Origin: Macrostomum lignano
Taxonomy: Eukaryota
Assembly (NCBI GenBank): GCA_002269645.1
Contig: NIVC01001665.1
Location: forward strand, 1-64,000
Direction of reading: 5' to 3'
DNA length: 64,000 bases
The stretch's first letter is position 1; every line of letters begins with the position of its first letter. The notes under the pieces are model-generated. The model saw only the letters and a program-made list of their open reading frames with translations. It was not told the origin of the DNA and ran no database searches. Both the position numbers and the translations under genes were made by a program. Shown here piece by piece: positions 10,501-43,149 of the stretch.

Positions 10501-13500
10501 AACAAATGCATTCACGATAAACACGAAGTGTTCAGTGCAACAAAGAAATCTCAGTGTGAGAGAATTATGAGCGATGGCAGCATCGAGCAGACCTGGATTC
10601 TGCCGGATGGGGACTTAGAAGTGCCGGATGCGGTTTGCCTCCTGAACCTGCGGGGAGACGCGCTTGAGTGGCACCGGCAGCGTCAGCTGCTGGCAGAAGT
10701 TTCCAATTGCGTGATTGTGATGCTTCCTGGTGATTATGACTCGAATCAGCAGCAACGTCAAAATATTGAGACTGCTCTGATAAATGTGTTCGAAAATTTA
10801 AGTACTAAAAAGTTTGAAAGCAAGTATCGTCTTCTGGTAGTCACCGATTCTGCGAAGACTCCTAGCTGCTTGCGCAACATGGCGAAGAAACTCGGGAAAG
10901 AAAGCGTGCAGAAGATGGTTGCCATTGTAAAATGCAAAACTAAAGAAGGATCGGATGTTCCAATACCAGACCTAACCAAAGAACTCAGGAGTGTTCTTTC
11001 AGAAGCCATAAAGTCCATAAAATACCCTGCGAGTGATGAGTCGATACCGAGGATGTCACTGAACCAGTTGGCAGAAAGAGCGAAATCGCAAGACTGGTGG
11101 GTTGATGAACTGGACTCGGAGACACGGTGCATTGAGAATCAGGTGAAGGAGCTAATGAAAATGGTTTCTGACATTATTGAGCCAAAAGGCGTCAGTGAGG
11201 CCAAAAAAGTAGCTTTGCCTCTGCACAAAAATGGATGGCATGAAATTTCGAGAAAAATGAAGGAAAAACTCAGAGGAAAACGAAACTTGACAGGAAACCA
11301 GCGAGTCAAATGGGTGGACAGCATCGAAGAGGAAGTGCGAGAGCTGCGTCAGAAACAGCGCCTGTGCATTGAAAAGCAGCAGAGAGAGGGGAGTTTCATG
11401 ATGGCTTTCACTGCAAAAGCGTCTTTAGCATCCAGCAGGTTTCAACTTTTTTTGTTGTACATGAGGCAGAGATTCAACAGTATGTCAGGAAAACTGATTC
11501 CACGGGTTCTGCCAAATGATGATAAAATTGCGGCTCGGTGCGACGAAGATGAGCTTGAGGAAAACTCATTTGGTCTTGAGCATGTGTTTCGTGAGCTCTC
11601 ACAGGTTTACGAGGCCATTGTGAGCAGTGAAAGCCTATCAAAGCAGAACCAAGACTTCACAAGCAGCCTCCTCAGTTCTGCCGTTCAGCTGCTTCTTCAC
11701 GGACACGCTCTAGAGCTGATCGATGGTGAAGCCAGCTCTGTCGCCATTGACTGGATCGATGCTGTACTGAAAAAACTAGACGATACAGTCGACAAGAAGA
11801 CACTTCTGGTGGTGTCAGTTTTGGGTGTTCAGAGCTCGGGAAAGTCGACTTTGCTCAATACAATGTTCGGTCTGCAGCTGCCAGTCAGTGCTGGACGCTG
11901 CACCAGAGGCGCCTTCATGCAGCTGGTGAAAAACAATAAAGACAAATCAGGACTGCCAGTAGATTTCATCGTCGTCATCGACACGGAAGGATTGCGGGCA
12001 CCTGAACTCGGTGAGGGCGTGAAGACTCGAGACAATGAGCTGGCAACAATGGCCGTAGGGCTAGCTGACGTCACCATAATGAACATCATGGGTGAGAGTG
12101 TTACAGACATTTCTGACGTGCTGCAGATAGTGGTGCATGCATTTCTCAGAATGAGAATGGCCTTCCAGAAGCTCAGACTCGATAAGACGTGCTTGTTCGT
12201 TCACCAGAACGTGTGCGCTGTCGACTCGGCTGAGAAGACTCAAAAAGCAAAAGTCAAGCTTGTTGAGACTCTGGACAAGACTGTTGAAACTGCGGCGCAG
12301 GAAGAGGGAATCGACGATGTAAAGAAGTTCACAGACATAATCGCTTTTGACGCCAGTAAAAACGTAGTCTTCCTGTCGAATTTGTGGGAAGGGAAACCTC
12401 CGTTTGCCGCTGTGAGTCCAGCCTACAGCAGAGATGTGCAGGAAACGAAGCAACTCATCCTTACAGTTCTTCAAAGCTTCAAGGACTACAACCTCTCAGT
12501 CAGTGATCTGGCAGTTAGGATCAAGGACTTGTGGGATGCCGTTTGCAAAGAAGATTTCGTCTTCGGCTTTCGAAATACTCTTGAGCTTCGAGCATATAAG
12601 GAAGTCGAGAAAAAGTTTAGGGAATTAAAAACTCGACTGGAAGCATCGACGTTTCAGTGGCTGATGGATGACGGAGCTAAGATGCTGAACTCTTGCACAG
12701 ACTCAAATGCGCTTAGCCAGACTTTGGCTCAAGCAGAAGGCGAGATGCACAAGTTTCTAGACGATAAAGGAAAAAACACTCAAACTGAACTAGAAAGTTA
12801 TTTTGACCAGCACAGTGAAGACCAGCTCATTTTTCAGTGGAAACTGGAAAAAACTCAGCGTCTGCAGCGAGACGTTGGAGTTTTGAAAGACGAAACATAC
12901 GACAGACTACGGGACATCAAGGAAGAGCAGAGAATAATGATTGAAAGCAAAGGAAAGCTTGAAAACTGTCAGCAGGAAATCTTCACTAGTGCTAAAAAGC
13001 TGGCGGAGGAACTTAAAGGCCAAGACATCTCTGATGAGTTATTAATGAAAAAATTCGATGAACTTTGGGAAAAGCTTATGAGTGAAATCTCCAGCACTGA
13101 GAGCTTCCGGTGTGACTTTTTCTCAGAGGCAGAAAAGGGGCTCAGAGAGATTTTCTCTGATCAAATCAACCTTCTTGATACCGAGATTTGTCAGTTAAAT
13201 CCAACAAAAACTGATGAAAAAAGGCTGGAAGCCAATGCAGAAAGTCTGATGAGATTGGAACAAGTCCTGTCTGAGCATTTTTCCAAACAAAAATCTGAAC
13301 ATAGTGATGAGTCAAATATACTTTCTGACGATGAATGTCGTGAAATCGTGTTTGCCAATGCCAAAAAAATCATCAGAGAAGTTGACGCCCACTTTGAGCT
13401 GTCAAATTTGGCGTATAGAGACGAGCGACAACTGCAAGGCGCAAGTTTTTTTAAGGAGATTGTCAGTTTCGTGACAACAAAAGTTGATGAATTCAACAAG

Positions 13501-14916
13501 AACTCATCATCAACAATCAAACTAAAGCCTCAGTTTAAGGTATTCCTGTCAGTCCACGCTTGCAAGGTTTCGGCTGGTATTCTTAGGGATGCTCAGAGGC
13601 GATATGAACAGAAGCATGGGGTGAAGACTCAGCTTGAGTCTTTTAAACCGACAGCAAAGCAAGATTTTATTGGGAGGTTTAAAAATACAAGCGATGACAT
13701 CATCAGTGCTTCTTATGTGATACATCAGATCAAGGAGGCCATGAAGAAGACTGCTGTTGAACACCTGAGATTTAGATTTCTTGATTTCGAAAGATTTGCA
13801 AATCGCCACATATTTATACTTCGAAAAGAGTACCTGTTGTCGATTGCGATGAAATCCCTTATTGAAGGTGGGAAATTTCCCGATTTCATCGAACTTATTG
13901 ATGACCCATGGCTGTTTACACGAAATAGAATGCAGGAAATGATTCGAAAAACAGCATTCAATCCCGACAGGAGAAATCACACTTCTCAAACCATTGAAAC
14001 ATTTCTTGATAAGCAAGTACAGCGCATAGTTAGTGCCGTTAAACGTGCTCAGAGTTACTGCAGCAGAGAGCAACGAAAGTCAAAGATGGCCAGCAACTTG
14101 CTGAATATTTGGCTTCAGAGCTTCCGCTCTATGATCGTGGATTCGATTCCGCTACCAGATTTTAAAACAGATAGCCACTGTGTCAGAAACATCAACGCGT
14201 TTAGTTCAGCGCTTTCAAGTCAACTGCAGTCATTAAGCCATGATGTAGTTGCTGAAATAGAAGAGAGGCCGGAACTTTTTTCATGGTGCAGGAGATCGGA
14301 TGATTTTGTCCCGGCATCACTTTCACAAAGACCTGCAACTTGCCCATTCTGTGGGGACATCTGTAGTGATTTTGATTCTTCGGTTTTTGAAATCAGTAGA
14401 CAAAAGTCATTCAAAACCAAAAGTTTTCTAGAATCCGAAATTCGAGATCCGGAAGTCTGCACTGGTCGCAGACCAGCAGGTGTAGCAGGCATTGTCGACT
14501 CAAAAAATGAGCTTGCCTTGTACACTTGTGCTGACCTGGTTCGCAGCGGTGGAGAATTTACCTGTGCAAAAGTCAGATTCAAGTGTCACAGTGAAGAGTC
14601 GGAAAACTGCGAGAGACACAAATTTTCAGACTACAAGAATTACTTTCCTGAACTGAGTTGTGAAAATTTTCATGACGGACCATCAGACTTCTGGAAGTGG
14701 TTCATGTGCAAATTCAAGGATCAACTTGCAGAACGGCATGGAGCCAAGATGCCGGATCTGCCAATGTCATGGCGCAGAATATCAGATCAACAGGCAAAGC
14801 GCAGTATCGAATTTAGTGATTTGGATGATGGTTTCGTTTGTCCAATTGAATTCTGCTGGTCGCTATTCAACCAGCAGTCAGAAGATCCCGCTGCTTTCGC
14901 TGCTTCGCACCTTTAA
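7528..14916 (+). CDS. GVIN1: Interferon-induced very large GTPase 1 / URGCP-like (VLIG-type G domain), 2462 aa
   Basis: Uninterrupted 7.4-kb ORF. G1 VLGVQSSGKSTLLN, G2 region SAGRCTRG, G3 IDTEG, G4-like FVHQN. URG4-like region (SVLRLG...SKSELIN; LLNLRGDA), C-terminal CPFCG and FWKWFMC motifs, N-terminal FFKKFGSH...HFG motif. Confidence 0.92.
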   Translation: MTKANEAKASEVWFGMSSTSPGDEDDRNAAAARAYVLAEHRQSSDTRPARVLAKDKQVQLLMGQDVKKDADSLSSDEQQIREKIDQSVQQQQQQLSSHCPSSEIPLQNVNSASGNYLQRGWVFEDEEWHKCDRQLVNIVEVCPSSPEFEQDLDHKDAYKDEQHKKLRKNVASLGWSASLKAKGEMVDKPIAGAVGFGTSSVKEDGKSQDELQTIQFFSRSIVKFQAAAACSLNDRQLQLTEPAIEELQKIEAQILLRGEASQSVSQSTAAFFKKFGSHATCGIVHFGAASITSAVYQSEKKRSFEEVKWLANSKLHACLPVAFAAIFGVTASGERDRLQGDSVTESHHSEMSEVNIKTKEVGKITSSESETHLASDLAVIRVSDCKIGVWTLVRRCEEKFKDAKGLSRLLKSIWQSLTGLTEDPQTIDEDYEAIASAESFLKELCSQLTESQLTPHQWESQLKILCSKLQAIDDRTAPERKGMSWTGMPSLRRVFQSLLQVKDQFDDIEATSIKSHLKHMMHMAGNCDFPLRLEIAELICSDSIDPLKYSILSDSKVTSPEQLVNLMHDRVIPDVRNAIAQQTIGKGNILQVVRQDLTAAVRYLLEQMRENSNRSEMFVTSLVLGTYSFQLKEQAFDLLLTLEKLEQFTEALGDKIKFLKSLERSSESEFVQLSLLKLLIDSYGDSCNNANAMQLLSIYGQNSWTPEVQEAVESFQASGDWSKLSEAVNKMLGNFKSDGSRWRVELGEQRVRTMSNTSSTYEDAAADLLCLESLTNKQNEVLETLGLQDKFPGNISLGEVMELRDEQLEAQILVKDIKDLPLLMLKAVVMTNYKTFRSIVSEAQQALCNKKQLEPSGYGWSDDYDSEPESLHPTPDSSSNSVYDNPDVSDHAELLHSDVFLITFLCCDARLKQIVAEKLFDCKLAVPVACCFTPSLPLLFVWPLRSCVLKFRNTKDPCGRQSALKSLDSDTFDVVSVLRLGTNALSKSELINKCIHDKHEVFSATKKSQCERIMSDGSIEQTWILPDGDLEVPDAVCLLNLRGDALEWHRQRQLLAEVSNCVIVMLPGDYDSNQQQRQNIETALINVFENLSTKKFESKYRLLVVTDSAKTPSCLRNMAKKLGKESVQKMVAIVKCKTKEGSDVPIPDLTKELRSVLSEAIKSIKYPASDESIPRMSLNQLAERAKSQDWWVDELDSETRCIENQVKELMKMVSDIIEPKGVSEAKKVALPLHKNGWHEISRKMKEKLRGKRNLTGNQRVKWVDSIEEEVRELRQKQRLCIEKQQREGSFMMAFTAKASLASSRFQLFLLYMRQRFNSMSGKLIPRVLPNDDKIAARCDEDELEENSFGLEHVFRELSQVYEAIVSSESLSKQNQDFTSSLLSSAVQLLLHGHALELIDGEASSVAIDWIDAVLKKLDDTVDKKTLLVVSVLGVQSSGKSTLLNTMFGLQLPVSAGRCTRGAFMQLVKNNKDKSGLPVDFIVVIDTEGLRAPELGEGVKTRDNELATMAVGLADVTIMNIMGESVTDISDVLQIVVHAFLRMRMAFQKLRLDKTCLFVHQNVCAVDSAEKTQKAKVKLVETLDKTVETAAQEEGIDDVKKFTDIIAFDASKNVVFLSNLWEGKPPFAAVSPAYSRDVQETKQLILTVLQSFKDYNLSVSDLAVRIKDLWDAVCKEDFVFGFRNTLELRAYKEVEKKFRELKTRLEASTFQWLMDDGAKMLNSCTDSNALSQTLAQAEGEMHKFLDDKGKNTQTELESYFDQHSEDQLIFQWKLEKTQRLQRDVGVLKDETYDRLRDIKEEQRIMIESKGKLENCQQEIFTSAKKLAEELKGQDISDELLMKKFDELWEKLMSEISSTESFRCDFFSEAEKGLREIFSDQINLLDTEICQLNPTKTDEKRLEANAESLMRLEQVLSEHFSKQKSEHSDESNILSDDECREIVFANAKKIIREVDAHFELSNLAYRDERQLQGASFFKEIVSFVTTKVDEFNKNSSSTIKLKPQFKVFLSVHACKVSAGILRDAQRRYEQKHGVKTQLESFKPTAKQDFIGRFKNTSDDIISASYVIHQIKEAMKKTAVEHLRFRFLDFERFANRHIFILRKEYLLSIAMKSLIEGGKFPDFIELIDDPWLFTRNRMQEMIRKTAFNPDRRNHTSQTIETFLDKQVQRIVSAVKRAQSYCSREQRKSKMASNLLNIWLQSFRSMIVDSIPLPDFKTDSHCVRNINAFSSALSSQLQSLSHDVVAEIEERPELFSWCRRSDDFVPASLSQRPATCPFCGDICSDFDSSVFEISRQKSFKTKSFLESEIRDPEVCTGRRPAGVAGIVDSKNELALYTCADLVRSGGEFTCAKVRFKCHSEESENCERHKFSDYKNYFPELSCENFHDGPSDFWKWFMCKFKDQLAERHGAKMPDLPMSWRRISDQQAKRSIEFSDLDDGFVCPIEFCWSLFNQQSEDPAAFAASHL

Positions 14917-17091
14917 GAGGACTGTACTCTTGCGCCACTACTGATGAATTGCATGGAGTGATCCTTTGGACAAGCGTAATTTGGACTAGCGTAAACTGCA
15001 TGTTTTAGCAAGTTTGGGTAAAACAAGCGGAACTGTTTGTTTTTTATTCTCAATTGATGCATACAAAACATTCATGCTAATTTAGACCATTGGGAATGAC
15101 AATTTTTATAACATGGATGTAATATGCAGCAGCTTCACAGTTCCCACCCAAGCAATGTAAATAAAGTGCAGTAATTAAATCAGAGGCTCTGATTCTGAAT
15201 ACTCGTACCACTTCTGAAAACGATCGATTGAAATATTCAGCAAAGATTCTCAAATCTAACACTGCTATAGGTAATCAGAAACCCAGCTAAAAATCCATAT
15301 ATTATATCAGTACGAGCGTATTAGTGAGAAATTTACTGCAATGGATTGTCTGACTGCTGCATGTGCATGCCAAATACTCGTAGTTATAAGTTTGTATAAT
15401 TGCTCAATTAACATTTCTTTTATATACCAAGACCAGGGTTTGGGCAAAAATTGTTATTGTTAAAATCGAATCGTACGAAAGTCGATAAAAAAGTTTTGTT
15501 TTTGTTCAATTCTGTTGTTTGCTCTGCTTCTGTTTTTATTCGCGAATTTTCACTTGCTGCTTGCATGTGATCACGCGTTTCTATTATTGTTTTACTAATA
15601 ATAACTTTCCAAAGCCACACGTATAGCTTGTACGAGCGTACATGTTGATAATCGTTATATCAATAATTTCAAGCTTTAGCCACTTCATGTAGCTATATAA
15701 CGCTCACATATAAAGTTTAAATTATTCTATTAATTTTTTGTGTTTGTTTTGCTATTATTTTGACTCATTTAAAAAAAATATTTTGTTTCTGTGCACTTTT
15801 TAGCAAATGAATCCGTCGTTTTTCATTAAGGTTAATTTCAGTTTGACTTTATGTTATTGGGTTGTGTTCCTTATCTTTATCGAGAATTTTTAAGTAATGC
15901 AGGCCATCATTATAGCTATTATAGTAGCCACGTAGACTCCAGGTGTTGGATTGTTTTTCTAATGATATGATCTGCATAAGTGGGGTTGACTTACTTTTCC
16001 TTGTCTGGCCCATGGTTTTCTTTATCATCTTCTCATATTGAATCTTCTCTCGAATCTTAGAAGAGAAGTCTTGTACGTGAACATTTGTAATAATTATGTT
16101 ATTTTCCTTATAAATTACAACTTTTTTTCGCACGTTTCAAATATTTAGCTTTGTTTATTATCAACGTGTATGATCCATTTTTAAACATTTTTGCTACATC
16201 TGTAACCAACCGTTTGTTGTTAACGGGGGGGTCTAGACGCAGATCAGCCCGGGGAGCGGCTCTGTAGAGGGGTAGGTCCACCAGGGCTACTAGACCCGGG
16301 CCAACCCCTTTTCGTAGCACAAAGCTAAAAATATTTGGGGCTGCGTCAAGAAGATTCGCAGACTTATTGGGTTGGCCGGAGGGTGAGTCTATAAAAGCCA
16401 TAAGAGTTACATGTAAGATTGGGCGCCATCAGCTAGGGGCGAACACATTTTGGGAGTCCCATACTGCAAAGCTTCACTCAACCACATGCAAGGCCTGGGG
16501 TTACCTTTAGTTGGATCAGGCCTCCGATCAGAGACCATCACCCCTGACGTAAACTACCCTTTAGGTGGGGCCGCTGTAGGCAACCGCGAGGGATCGATAT
16601 TGCATCTCTGGATTGCGAGAAGAGAGAAACCCCCGCATCCCAGGTGAGAGCCAGTCGCCAGATGCTGCTGTGGACAGATCCAAAGATATCAGGATCCCCG
16701 AATTCCCGGCGAGTAGCGCTGCTTCTGGGGGTTCACTTGTGAAGGCCTGACCAAGCAGCCCGTTTAACCCGCAAGCTTCAACTGCACGGGTAGGTTTGTT
16801 GCAATGTTATTCCAACGTACCTAGCTTCTAGAAGCTTCTTTTCCCCTTCGCGCATTACGAGTAAAAGTTCCAAATTAAGTAAAAGTGTGGTAGGGCGATC
16901 TACCACTTATGGTTAAACGATAGACGGCTTCCAGTGACTCACATTGCTCTGTCGGTGGTTTTCCCGTCCTTCTGTCGCCCCATCCCTTGCCCCTGTGGCT
17001 GCCCCATCCTGCGCCTCATCGTCTGCCCCACATGCCGGTTATTATATTTTTGCGTTATTTATATGGCCTGATTTGGCCGCACGATTTGCAT

Positions 17092-17362
17092 GCCTCTGTT
17101 TTGTTCCCTCTGTTGCCTCTGTTTTGTTCCCTCTGTTGCCTCTGTTGTGTTCCCTCTGTTGCCTCTGTTGTGTTTCCTCTGTTGCCTCTGTTTTGTTCCC
17201 TCTGTTGCCTCTGTTTTGTTTCCTCTGTTGCCTCTGTTTTGTTCCCTCTGTTGCCTCTGTTTTGTTTCCTCTGTTGCCTCTGTTGTGTTTCCTCTGTTGC
17301 CTCTGTTTTGTTCCCTCTGTTGCCTCTGTTTTGTTTCCTCTGTTGCCTCTGTTTTGTTCCCC
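17092..17362. repeat. 23-bp minisatellite (ttttgttccctctgttgcctctg)n
   Basis: About 11-12 direct tandem copies visible. Confidence 0.95.
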
Positions 17363-17899
17363 CGATTTCCCCCTTAAGTTTTGCCTGAAATTTCTCTTAA
17401 GTTTTCCTTAATTTTTATTGTTTCATTGTACATTACGCGACACTAATAGCCTACGGCAACTTGTTTAACCACTATTAAAAATATTTAACCAGCACCTCGG
17501 CACCGCCGGAAGTCTCGTTTGATAAATAATAATCGGTCGGCTTATTTTAATAATTAATAAATCTTAACATTCACATTTATTCACAGTTATTCACATTTTA
17601 ATTTGAATCCCCTGATAGTTTATCTTGAGTTATTTGCCCGTGAGGCGAAAAACACAAATTATCTCAACTCCGAACGAGCTCTGAGATCTCAACGTTCCGT
17701 AATACGAAATTACGGTGGTGGCAGCGCTACTCTACTGAAAGTAATCAGCTAAGCAAATCGGCGAATTTACGGTGTCTGAGGACCCAACTGAACGATCGTG
17801 CCTGCAAAACGACGGCTCGACTGCGGATCACGACTACTCTCCCCCGGAATTGAGGACCCGGCAGACGGAAATCGACCTGAACAAGTCCGTGCAACTTTC

Positions 17900-18785
17900 C
17901 GGCTTTACGAGTGCCAAGTTACGGACGGCGGCAATTTGAAGTTGAAATTTTACGAACAGGGGTAGGATCCCTACTGTACCCGAGGTCCCCTTTCTGGACA
18001 GGTGCCGCTTGCGAGCTGCCACAACAGTGCGGTTCCGAATCATGAAGATGATCGACCGGACAGGTGAGGGGTGGATGGCCCTGGATTTCAGGGCTCCGCC
18101 AAAAGGCCTCGAAGTTGACATTATCAAAGGCCCCCTCAATGTCCAGGAAAAGAGAGAGGGCATAGCCGCCGTCAGGAACGGCCCTGATCTCCAGGAAGAC
18201 AACAATGACATGGAGGGCACTTTCAGTGGACCTGCCCGCGTGCGATGCGTGCTGGTTCTGTGAGTGGGAAGCGCTTCAGCTCGACCGAGAGCAGGCGCCA
18301 AAGTAGCAGCCTTTCCAGGAGCTTAAGGCAGAAAGAGGTGAACCTAATAGGCCTGAAGGCCTTCACCGATTGGTTGTCGCTTTTCCTAGGCTTGAGGATA
18401 AAGGCCACCCGGGCCTCTCTCTGGCACGGTACATAGCCCAGCTCCACACAAGCTCGGAGGAGACGACAGAGGAGGTCCAGGAAACGGTGGTTTTTCACCG
18501 CCTCGTGCAAGAACGCTGTGCAAGATGCCGTCGGGCCCAGGCGCCTTGAACGGGTTTTAAAGGACCTTGCCGCTCTACTAGACTTGGTGTTGGTCAAGCG
18601 GGCCCTCAAAGCATCAGCTTTGAGTCTCTTTCGAGCTCTCCGTGACCGAGCCATCAGGTCTCTTCACTACAGAGAGCTAGAAAAACGGTCGTTCGTGAGT
18701 GCCTTTACTACGCGGGCTACGGGGCGAGAGCCCTCAAGCTCTTCGCAGTATTGACGCCACTTGGTCGTCTTGGCTTCAATAGCTA
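17900..18785 (-). mobile_element. Truncated R1/LOA-like non-LTR retrotransposon RT fragment
   Basis: Minus strand: AKTTKWRQYCEELEG, ACVELGYVP...VAFILKPRKSDNQSVKAFRPIRFTSFCLKLLER, RSTESALH...FLDIEGAFDNV. Frameshifted. Confidence 0.85.
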
Positions 18786-19892
18786 CATGTTGTGTCCTAC
18801 CAAACTATAATAGTTTTTAATAAATTCCTTTCTGTTATGAAAATGGTAATTTTTTATTCCTGTGCAACATTTAAGAGCAAACTGGAGTGCCACTGTTTTT
18901 AATTTTATTCAGTTATTCATTATTAGTGCTGCACATTAAATAGTGCAATTATGTTTAATAAGTTCATCAAGTACCCAAATATAATTAACAAAAATTTTAC
19001 GAATAAAAGCCATACAAAACGCAAGCCATTCTGTTAAGAAAAAATTAACAAATAACCGTGTTATGCAGACATAAATTGGCACCTTTTCAAATCAAGAAAA
19101 ATAGTGTGGCTCGATCTTGAAGAGCATAAAAATCGGGATTTAAACAAAACAAATAATTTGGTTGTAGCTTGTGCAGAAAAAGCATATAAATAGAAATGAG
19201 ATTCAAAAATTGTGTTTCACCTTTGCTGGGTAAAAAATAGAGAAATTAAAAAAGGAAAAAAGTCATTCTAGCATTTCACAGCGATATAGAAAAAATAATG
19301 GTTAAACTGGCAAGGCCGCACAGGATTGTAGAAATGAAATCTTCTATTGATAAGAATTATGAATAAAGTCTACTTTTGGAACTACTTTGTGCGGTGCAAT
19401 AATAAAATGAACTGTAAAAACACAGAAATTAACACAGTTTAATCTCCGACCTGCAGAATGCAGCAGAAATAAAGAAGTACTTCTTAGAATTATAAACAAA
19501 TTCAATACACTACTGATGGGTAAAAGTGTCAAGTAGTGCTATAGGAACGCTGCTTAATATAAAATGTAAATTTAACAGTAAAAAATATATATTTACACTA
19601 GCGATTGAAATTAATGTAAACAGCAGTGCAACTTCATTAAAATTATAACAAAAGCCGAGATAAATACTCCTAAATAACTTATTTTCCGCTTGCACAATTT
19701 CTCTGACAATGGGATAGGAAGGTTTTCCAACATGCCAACCATTTTAACGTGATTCTTCTGAGTTACGATACTAAAAAAGGCACTAAGTATTAGCCCTGTG
19801 GGAAATCAACGACTCTAGCATTAGGGAACCTGACCACTCTGCATCAGGAAATCCGATCCGTGCAGGAAGAAATCTCCTCTTTCCGAATTAAG

Positions 19893-20020
19893 GAAATCCG
19901 CTCCCTCACAATAAGGAATCCGCTCCCTCACATTAAGGAATCCGCTCCTTCACATTAAGGAATCCGCTCCTTCACAATCAGGAATCCGCTCCCTCACAAC
20001 CAGGAATCCGCTCCCTCGCA
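19893..20020. repeat. ~22-bp minisatellite (aggaatccgctccctcacaat)
   Basis: About 6 tandem copies just downstream of the terminal exon of the C2 gene. Confidence 0.9.
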
Positions 20021-20029
20021 GTCCCCCTA

Positions 20030-41519
<21,490 letters not shown>

Positions 41520-41607
41520 CGCTCTTGGAATGAAATAAATTAATGAATGAGCCTATTGGGCTTTGCAAACTTTGCAACCTGCTGCCGCAGTGAGCACGCG
41601 TCCGGCT

Positions 41608-41621
41608 GTTGCTATGGCAAC
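41608..41621. promoter_or_regulatory. RFX X-box GTTGCTATGGCAAC
   Basis: 13/14 match to the palindrome GTTGCCATGGCAAC; non-coding; 89-102 bp upstream of the C2 gene ATG. Confidence 0.6.
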
Positions 41622-41879
41622 CAATGCAGACGGCACTGAAATTTATTAAGGATTTACTAAGCTTAGTAGCTAATAATAATATTATACTTATAGTGAAGTG
41701 CAGTAAGGTTTATAAGAACTTGATTAACTCTTGGCGTTAGGGTCGCAAAGTATAGTTACATGCGAGTGTATCACTGCCCTCCTTGCTCTCTCCCTTCTAC
41801 CCAATCCTCTTCTCTACCCTTTCTGCTCTCCGTTACCCTCTCCTCTCTACCCTATCATCTCTCCCCTCAACCTTTTCCT

Positions 41880-42290
41880 CTCTCCCTCTACCCTCTTCTC
41901 TCTCCCCTCTACCCTCTTCTCTCTCCTCTCTACCCTCTTCTCTCTCCTCTCTACCTCTTCTCTCTCCTCTCTACCCTCTTCTCTCTCCTCTCTACCTCTT
42001 CTCTCTCCTCTCTACCCTCTTCTCTCTCCTCTCTACCCTCTTCTCTCTCCTCTCTACCCTCTTCTCTCTCCTCTCTACCCTCTTCTCTCTCCTCTCTACC
42101 CTCTTCTCTCTCCTCTCTACCCTCTTCTCTCCTCTACCCTCTTCTCTCCCCCCTCTACCCTCTTCTTTCTCCCCTCTACCCTCTTCTCTCCCCTCTACCC
42201 TCTTCTCTCCTCTACCCTCTTCTCTCCCCCCTCTACCCTCTTCTCTCCCCCCTCTACCCTCTTCTCTCTCCTCTAACCTCTTTCTCTCTC
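41880..42290. repeat. CT-rich minisatellite (ctctaccctcttctctctc)
   Basis: Direct reading. Confidence 0.93.
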
Positions 42291-43149
42291 CCCTCTACCC
42301 TTTCCTCTTTTCTCTTTCGCCCTCACATGATACCTAAATGCATTTGTATAGATAAACTGCATTAACGATGTATGAAATATTGAGTCTCTCTAGTGCTTAG
42401 TTGTAGTACACAAGTACCTAAATAACCCCAAGCCCCATAGGAACTAAAATGTCTTAGACAATTTTACCGCAGATACGCCTAAAAACATACACTTCATGTA
42501 CGAGCTACCTAATCCTAATACAACTACTAATACATGTACAGATCTTAGAGTGCGAATTTACACAAGCTACTAGCCGGCAGCTAGCTAGAGAAAAACTTAC
42601 AGAAAATTCACCTGCTTAGAGTAGCAAAAGAAATTCCGAGTTCTTCTGCTCTTTACCTACAAAAACCTGTGCATTAAATATAGAAGCCTTTTTCTTGGAC
42701 AATAGACCAACCCCGTCCTCAGCAGCCCGGCCAATCTGGCTTAGACTGGTTAGAGAGACAGTCAACCCACAACACAAGCGTCTGCAAAAGAATTAAGAAA
42801 GCCGCAAAAGAGAACAATAAAAGAGCAGTCTCTGAGGTCAGTTGTTGACCACTGAGAAGCATTTTAAGCACATTTTTATATTCGTTTAATTTTTTAATTC
42901 TAACACCCAGCTATACTACTATCGATCGAAAGTAGAAATAAACGAAAATAAAATGATTAATTATATTGAAATATTTTGAGCAAATCCGTGTATATATTTT
43001 ACCAATTAGTTACAATCCATGAGAAAAATGAAAATAAAATGATCAAAATAAAATCAGAATATTCTGTTGTGATTTGGAGTGAATAGGAGGCACTAGAAAT
43101 TTCGTTGCTGTTGCGCATCTATCTGCCTCATTGAGGCCCTTGATGAAAG

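Noticed and set aside
8059-14944. Many short ORFs overlapping the GTPase
   Set aside because: Alternate-frame or antisense shadows of the long ORF.
16440-16760. 3' end of the R1/LOA element
   Set aside because: GC-rich and plausibly TE-derived, but no motif was clear enough to assign.
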